DNA of 64,000 nt, taken from the NCBI GenBank assembly GCA_002269645.1, contig NIVC01003675.1, forward strand, positions 1 to 64,000, written 5' to 3'. A program made the translations under genes and the position numbers. Of this stretch, positions 56,399 through 64,000 are shown one piece after another. Every line of letters starts with the position of its first letter. Within the stretch, counting starts at the first letter, position 1. Origin of the DNA: Macrostomum lignano. Lineage: Eukaryota. A model generated the notes under the pieces. That model was given only the letters and a program-made list of their open reading frames with translations. It was not told the origin of the DNA and did no database searches.

Positions 56399-59300
56399 AG
56401 AAGCATCATGTAAAAAATCATAGAAGCGTCATATAAAAATCATAGAAGCGTCATGTAAAAAATCATAGAAGTGTCATGTAAACAATCATAGAAGCGTCAT
56501 GTAAAAAATCATAGAAGCGTCATGTAAAAAATCATAGAAGCGTCATGTAAACAATCATAGAAGCGTCATGTAAACAATCATAGAAGCGTCATTTAAAAAA
56601 TCATAGAAGCGCCATGTAAAAAATCGTAGAAGCGTTATATAAAAATCATAGAAGTGTCATTTTTAAAAAATCATAGAAGCGTTGTGTAAACAGTCATAGA
56701 AGTGTCATGTAAACAATCATAGAAGCATCATTTTTAAAAAATCATAGAAGTGTCATGTAAACAATCATAGAAGCGTCATGTAAACAATCATAGAAGCGTC
56801 ATGTAAACAATCATAGAAGCGTCATGTAAACAATCATAGAAGCGTCATGTAAACAATCCTAGAAGCGTCATGTAAACAATCATAGAAACGTAATGTAAAC
56901 AATCATAGAAGCGTCACGAAACAATCATAGAAGCGTCATGTAAACAATCATAGAAGCGTCATGTAAAAATCATAGAAGCGTCATGTAAAAATCATAGAAG
57001 CGTCATGAAGCAATCATAGAAGCGTCATGTAAAAATCATAAAAGCGTCATGTAAACAATCATAGAAGCGTCATGTAAACAATCATAGAAGCGTCATGTAA
57101 ACAATCATAGAAGCGTCATGTAAACAATCCTAGAAGCGTCATGTAAACAATCATAGAAGCGTCATGTAAACAATCATAGAAGCGTCATGTAAACAATCAT
57201 AGAAACGTAATGTAAACAATCATAGAAGCGTCACGAAACAATCATAGAAGCGTCATGTAAACAATCATAGAAGCGTCATGTAAACAATCATAGAAACGTC
57301 ATGTAAACAATCATAGAAGCGTCATGAAGCAATCATAGAAGCGTCATGTAAAAATCATAAAAGCATCATGTAAAAAATCGTAGAAGCGTCATGTAAACAA
57401 TCATAGAAGCGTCATGTAAACAATCATAGAAGCGTCATGTAAAAAATCGTAGAAGCGTCATTTTTAAAAAATCATAAAAGCGTCATGTAAACAATCATAA
57501 AAGCGTCATGTAAACAATCATAGAAGCGTCATGTAAAAAATGGTAGAAGCGTCATGTAAACAATCATAGAAGCGTCATGTAAACAATCATAAAAGCGTCA
57601 TGTAAACAATCATAGAAGCGTCATGTAAACAATCATAGAAGCGTCATGAAAAAATCATAGAAGCGTCATATAAAAATCATAGAAGCGTCATGTAAAAAAT
57701 CATAAAAGCGTCATGTAAAAAATCATAGAAGCGTCATGTAAAAAATCTTATAAGCGTCATGTAAACAATCATAGAAGCGTCATGTAAACAATCATAGAAG
57801 CGTCATGTAAAAAATCGTAGAAGCGTCATGTAAAAAATCTTAGAAGCGTCATGTAAACAATCATAGAAGCGTCATGTAAACAATCATAGAAGCGTCATGT
57901 AAAAAATCGTAGAAGCGTCATGTAAAAAATCTTAGAAGCGTCATGTAAACAATCATAGAAGCGTCATGTAAACAATCATAGAAGCGTCATGTAAACAATC
58001 ATACAAGCGCCATGTAAAAAATCATAAAAGCGTCATGTAAAAAATCTTAGAAGCATCATGTAAAAAATCATAAAAGCGTCATGTAAACAATCATAGAAGC
58101 GTCATGTAAAAAATCTTAGAAGCGTCATGTAAACAATCATAAAAGCGTCATGTAAACAATCATAGAAGCGTCATGTAAAAAATGGTAGAAGCGTCATGTA
58201 AACAATCATAGAAGCGTCATGTAAACAATCATAAAAGCGTCATGTAAACAATCATAGAAGCGTCATGTAAACAATCATAGAAGCGTCATGAAAAAATCAT
58301 AGAAGCGTCATATAAAAATCATAGAAGCGTCATGTAAAAAATCATAGAAGCGTCATGTAAACAATCATAGAAGCGTCATGTAAACAATCATAGAAGCGTC
58401 ATGTAAACAATCATAGAAGCGTCATGTAAACAATCATACAAGCGCCATGTAAAAAATCATAAAAGCGTCATGTAAACAATCATAAAAGCGTCATGTAAAA
58501 AATCGTAGAAGCGTCATGTAAAAAATCTTATAAGCGTCATGTAAACAATCATAGAAGCGTCATGTAAACAATCATAGAAGCGTCATGTAAAAAATCGTAG
58601 AAGCGTCATGTAAAAAATCTTAGAAGCGTCATGTAAACAATCATAGAAGCGTCATGTAAACAATCATAGAAGCGTCATGTAAAAAATCGTAGAAGCGTCA
58701 TGTAAAAAATCTTAGAAGCGTCATGTAAACAATCATAGAAGCGTCATGTAAACAATCATAGAAGCGTCATGTAAACAATCATAAAAGCGTCATGTAAAAA
58801 ATCGTAGAAGCGTCATGTAAAAAATCTTAGAAGCGTCATGTAAAAAATCATAAAAGCGTCATGTAAACAATCATAGAAGCGTCATGTAAAAAATCTTAGA
58901 AGCGTCATGTAAACAATCATAGAAGAGTCATGTAAAAAATCATAGAAGCGTCATGTAAAAAGCATAGAAGCGTCATATAAACAATCATAGAAGCGTCATA
59001 TAAAAAATCATAGAAGCGTCATGTAAACAATCATGGAAGCGTCATGTAAAAATCATAGAGGTGTCATGTAAAAATCATTGAAGCGTCCTGCAGAAATCGT
59101 AGAAGCGTCATGAAATAATCATAGAAGCATAATGAAAAAAATTATAGAAGCGTCATGTAAAAAATCATAGAAGCGTCATGTAAAAAATCATAGAAGCATC
59201 GTGTAAACAATCATAGAAGCGTCATGTAAAAAATCATAGAAGCGTCATGTAAAAAATCATAGAAGCGTCATATAAACAATCATAAAAGCGTCATGTAAAC

Positions 59301-62150
59301 AATCATAGAAGCGTCATGTAAAAATCATAGAAGTGTCATGTAAAAAATCATAGAAGCGTCGTGTAAAAAATCATAGAAGCGTCATCTAAAACATCATAAA
59401 AGCGTCATGTAAAAAATCGTAGAAGCGTCATTTAAAAAATCATAGAAGCGTCATATAAACAATCATAGAAGCGTCATGTAAACAATCATAAAAGCGCCAT
59501 GTAAACAATCATAGAAGTGTCATGTAAACAATCATAGAAGCGTCATGTAAACAATCATAGAAGCGTCATGTAAACAATCATAGAAGCGTCATGTAAACAA
59601 TCATACAAGCGCCATGTAAAAAATCATAAAAGCGTCATGTAAACAATCATAAAAGCGTCATGTAAAAAATCGTAGAAGCGTCATGTAAAAAATCTTAGAA
59701 GCGTCATGTAAACAATCATAGAAGCGTCATGTAAACAATCATAAAAGCGTCATGTAAAAAATCGTAGAAGCGTCATGTAAAAAATCTTAGAAGCGTCATG
59801 TAAACAATCATAGAAGCGTCATGTAAACAATCATAGAAGCGTCATGTAAAAAATCGTAGAAGCGTCATGTAAAAAATCTTAGAAGCGTCATGTAAACAAT
59901 CATAGAAGCGTCATGTAAACAATCATAGAAGCGTCATGTAAACAATCATAGAAGCGTCATGTAAAAAATCGTAGAAGCGTCATGTAAAAAATCTTAGAAG
60001 CGTCATGTAAAAAATCATAAAAGCGTCATGTAAACAATCATAGAAGCGTCATGTAAAAAATCTTAGAAGCGTCATGTAAACAATCATAGAAGAGTCATGT
60101 AAAAAATCATAGAAGCGTCATGTAAAAAGCATAGAAGCGTCATATAAACAATCATAGAAGCGTCATATAAAAAATCATAGAAGCGTCATGTAAACAATCA
60201 TAGAAGCGTCATGTAAAAATCATAGAGGTGTCATGTAAAAATCATTGAAGCATCCTGCAGAAATCGTAGAAGCGTCATGAAATAATCATAGTAGCATCAT
60301 GTAAAAAATCATAGAAGCGTCATGTAAAAAATCATAGAAGCGTCATGTAAAAAATCATAGAAGCATCGTGTAAACAATCATAGAAGCGTCATGTAAAAAA
60401 TCATAGAAGCGTCATGTAAAAAATCATAGAAGCGTCATATAAACAATCATAGAAGCGTCATGTTAACAATCATAGAAGCGTCATGTAAAAATCATAGAAG
60501 CGTCATGTAAAAAATCATAGAAGCGTCGTGTAAACAATCATAGAAGCGTCATGTAAAAAATCATAGAAGCGTCATGTAAAAAATCATAGAAGCGTCATCT
60601 AAAACATCATAAAAGCGTCATGTAAAAAATCGTAGAAGCGTCATTTAAGAAATCATAGAAGCGTCATATAAACAATCATAGAAGCGTCATGTAAACAATC
60701 ATAGAAGCGCCATGTAAACAATCATAGAAGCGTCATGTAAACAATCATAGAAGCGTCATGTAAACAATCATAGAAGCGTCATGTAAACAATCATACAAGC
60801 GCCATGTAAAAAATCATAAAAGCGTCATGTAAACAATCATAAAAGCGTCATGTAAAAAATCGTAGAAGCGTCATGTAAAAATCTTAGAAGCGTCATGTAA
60901 ACAATCATAGAAGCGTCATGTAAACAATCATAGAAGCGTCATGTAAAAAATCGTAGAAGCGTCATGTAAAAAATCTTAGAAGCGTCATGTAAAAAATCAT
61001 AGAAGCGTCATCTAAAACATCATAAAAGCGTCATGTAAAAAATCGTAGAAGCGTCATTTAAAAAATCATAGAAGCGTCATATAAACAATCATAGAAGCGT
61101 CATGTAAACAATCATAGAAGCGCCATGTAAACAATCATAGAAGCGTCATGTAAACAATCATAGAAGCGTCATATAAAAATCATAGAAGCGTCATTTAAAA
61201 AATCATAGAAGCGTCATGTAAACAATCATAGAAGCGTCATGTAAACAATCATAGAAGCGTCATGTAAAAAATCATAGAAGCGTCATGTAAACAATCATGG
61301 AAGCGTCATGTAAAAATCATAGAAGAGTCATGTAAAAAATCATAGAAGCATCGTGTAAACAATCATAGAAGCGTCATGTAAAAAATCGTAAGAGCGTAAT
61401 ATAAAAATCATAGAAGCGTCATTTAAAAAATCATAGAGGCGTAATATAAAAATCAAAAAACGTCATTTAAAAAATCATAGAAGCGTCATGTAAACAATCA
61501 TAGAAGCGTCATGTAAACAATCATAGAAGAGTCATGTAAACAATCATAGAAGCGTCATGTAAAAAATCATAGAAGCGTCATGTAAAAAATCATAGAAGCG
61601 TCATCTAAAACATCATAAAAGCGTCATGTAAAAAATCGTCGAAGCGTCATTTAAAAAATCATAGAAGCGTCATATAAACAATCATAGAAGCGCCATGTAA
61701 ACAATCATAGAAGCGCCATGTAAAAATCATAGAAGCATCGTGTAAACAATCATAGAAGCGTCATGTAAAAAATCGTAAGAGCGTAATATAAAAATCATAG
61801 AAGCGTCATTTAAAAAATCATAGAAGCGTCATGTAAACAATCATAGAAGCGTCATGTAAACAATCATAGAAGCGTCATGTTAAAAATCATAGAAGCGTCA
61901 TGTAAAAAATCATAGAAGCGTCATGTAAACAATCATAGAAGCGTCATTTTAAAAATCATAGAAGCGTCATGTTAAAAATCATATAAGCGTCATGTAAACA
62001 ATCATCGAAGCGTCATCTAAAAATCATAGAAGCGTCATGTAAAAAATCATAGAATCGTCATGAAAAAATCATAGAAGCGTCATTTAAAAACTAATGAAAG
62101 TGTCATTTAAAAAATTAAGAAGCATCATAGTAGAATAAAAGAAGCGTCAT
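56399..62150. repeat. Satellite array, 23 bp unit (ATCATAGAAGCGTCATGTAAACA / ...GTAAAAA), ~250 copies, with higher-order duplication
   Basis: Continuous tandem array. Rare variants recur at fixed spacing (AGAAGAGTCA at 58921/60088, CCTGCAG at 59087/60254: period 1167 bp). Confidence 0.98.
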
Positions 62151-63230
62151 GTCAGACATGAAAGGTGTCATGGAAAAATTAAATGCAGCTATAATGCTGT
62201 GCTGGGGAGAAAAACTGAGACGTCAAGGCTCTCAGAGAATAACTGAGATTACGGGGGGGGTTTCTGAAATGTCAAAGCAAAAGTCAGAAGCTAATTCAAA
62301 GTTCATGTACTTTACTCAATTTTTTTTATTGCATTCTTTGTTGGCTCGCCACGGGAGGCGCTGATAGAAGAAGAGTCATGTAAAAAATAAAAGTAGCACT
62401 ATGTATACATAAAAGAAAAGTCATGTCGAAGTTAAAAGATTCATTTGGGAATTGCTACGATGTCAAAGCTAAGTGGAAATCGTTATAGTGCTGTGATTCT
62501 TAAAGAAGGAATCACTAAAATGTCAAGGCTTAGGGGAGAAGAATTGCTGAGATTTCAAGGCTTTATGTTGGGTTAAAGTTAGGTTTAGGTCAGGTGTGGG
62601 TTGAGGGTTATATTTTATCGAGTTTCAAGGTTAGCAGGGGATTTTTCAGATTTCAAGGTTTATGGGCGCCATCGCTGACATGTTAAGGCTTACGGGGGGA
62701 ATAGCTGAGATGTCAAGGCTCACGGGGGTATAAATGAGATTTCAAGGCTAAAGTCAGAAGCTACATGTAGTTTATTGAAAACTTTTTATTACATTATTTG
62801 ATGCCTCCTCAGGGGAGGGATCGCTGATTAAAAAAGCGTAATGTAAAAAATAAAAGAAGCTTCATGTCGAAGTTAAGATATTCATTTGGGAATCCCTACG
62901 ATGTCGAGGCTTGCAGGGAATCGCTATAATGCTGTAGTAGTGCTATAATGACTCTTAAAGAGAATTACTGAAATTTCAATGCTTTAGGGTTAGGTTAGGG
63001 TTAGGGTTAGAAGGTTGACAGATATTTTTAGATTTCCAAGGAGATGTCAAGGGGGGAAGTTGATATGTTAAAGCTTGTGGGGGGGAATTACTGACATGTC
63101 AAGGCTTACAAGGTTTGATAGGAGATTTTTTAAGATTTCAAGGATACATGTAGCTTATTAAAAAAACGTGTATTGCATTTCTTTGGCTCCCCAACGGGGG
63201 GCGTAGATTGCTAGTTTATTTCTAAATGTT
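62150..63230. repeat. Degenerate ~440-bp tandem unit (~2.3 copies) related to the satellite, containing short TTAGGG-like runs
   Basis: CATGTCGAAGTTAA..ATTCATTTGGGAAT...CTACGATGTC at ~62420 and ~62865. AAAGTCAGAAGCTA at ~62280 and ~62750. TTAGGGTTAGGTTAGGGTTAGGGTTAG at ~62984-63010. Confidence 0.75.
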
Positions 63231-64000
63231 TCAACTGTAGTCTCAGTCTATAACTTTTAACTTTAACATTTTAAATTTTTACATATTAAATTTTTATATT
63301 TTATGTCTACTTTTTCTTTTCAATTATGGAAAGTTAGCAAATTTTGATTTCAATAGAAAATGCTCTTTTAAAATATCTCAAATAATCCTAAAGCGTGGTA
63401 AAATAGTTTGACTCTTTTCTAAAGTGCATGTCTGCAGGTTTTTAATATTTATTCTAATAGGGCTTTTATTGGACAAAACAGCAGACAAACCGTCCACCCT
63501 AGCATAGACCTCCAGCTGACAAATTGACAGTAGACAAAATTACTTGCAACTAATTCTATTGTGCCACTGTGACACAGTTAGTCTATTATAGTAGATTACA
63601 TATTGAAGTATTCATCAAAAAATTCAGGCATATATTGGTCTTGCACACTAAAAGTTGGCATGCACAGTTTGTATATAGAACTCTTAAGAAAATAGTATGA
63701 GTGTACACCTGGCATGTACTTCATAGAATCATATGGAAGAGTTAGTATTAAATAGAAAAATATCATTTCAAAAAGTTTATTTTTAAGCCTAAATTTTAAG
63801 CTTTCCAATTTATAAGCTCATAACATTTTATTTTGCAACATAGCATTTTGTATAATAGCTTGTAACATCAATTTTCCACTAAAGATAATCTAGGCAAGAA
63901 AGAAAAAAAGTAGCATTCTACCATAATTATGGCTACAGTTACGGGAAAGTTCGGGGTGACACTTTTTTAAACAAAATTTGGTTACAGATTGTGGCTATGG

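Noticed and set aside
62570-63010. True telomere or interstitial telomeric array
   Set aside because: Only about 4 imperfect TTAGGG units, embedded in a larger duplicated unit.

Overview
Eukaryotic (metazoan) genomic DNA with GT-AG spliced genes, GC-richer exons in AT-rich intergenic DNA, and a very high density of intronic minisatellites. This architecture is reminiscent of a free-living flatworm such as Macrostomum (inference only). I could reconstruct four multi-exon genes by hand with consistent splice phases: (1) a 6-exon, signal-peptide, 3xIg, putative GPI-anchored adhesion protein (-, 5522-12122); (2) an F-box/LRR protein (+, 16712-19812); (3) a compact Gab/DOS-like PH adaptor (-, 22581-29820); (4) Xaa-Pro dipeptidase PEPD (+, 45966-52913). 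A secreted PAN-like/C-type lectin gene is nested on the same strand in PEPD intron 2, between two inverted copies of a tRNA-derived SINE. Also present: a probable small membrane-protein gene (3067-3345), a possible terminal exon (983-1149), two mariner copies, two P-type MITEs with 8-bp TSDs, a 2.8-kb hAT-type element, a 45-bp hairpin with a 7-bp TSD, a dispersed AT-rich repeat family, about 20 tandem arrays and a 5.7-kb 23-bp satellite with higher-order structure. The most unusual signals are intronic minisatellites built from splice-signal-like units, shared cores (AGTGTC, ATCTCAG) across otherwise different arrays, arrays made of transcription-factor-site-like units, and the SINE-bracketed nested lectin gene. 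No rRNA, intact tRNA or CRISPR array was seen. Most long ORFs in the supplied track are translations of tandem repeats. All alignments, counts and exon models were done by eye.
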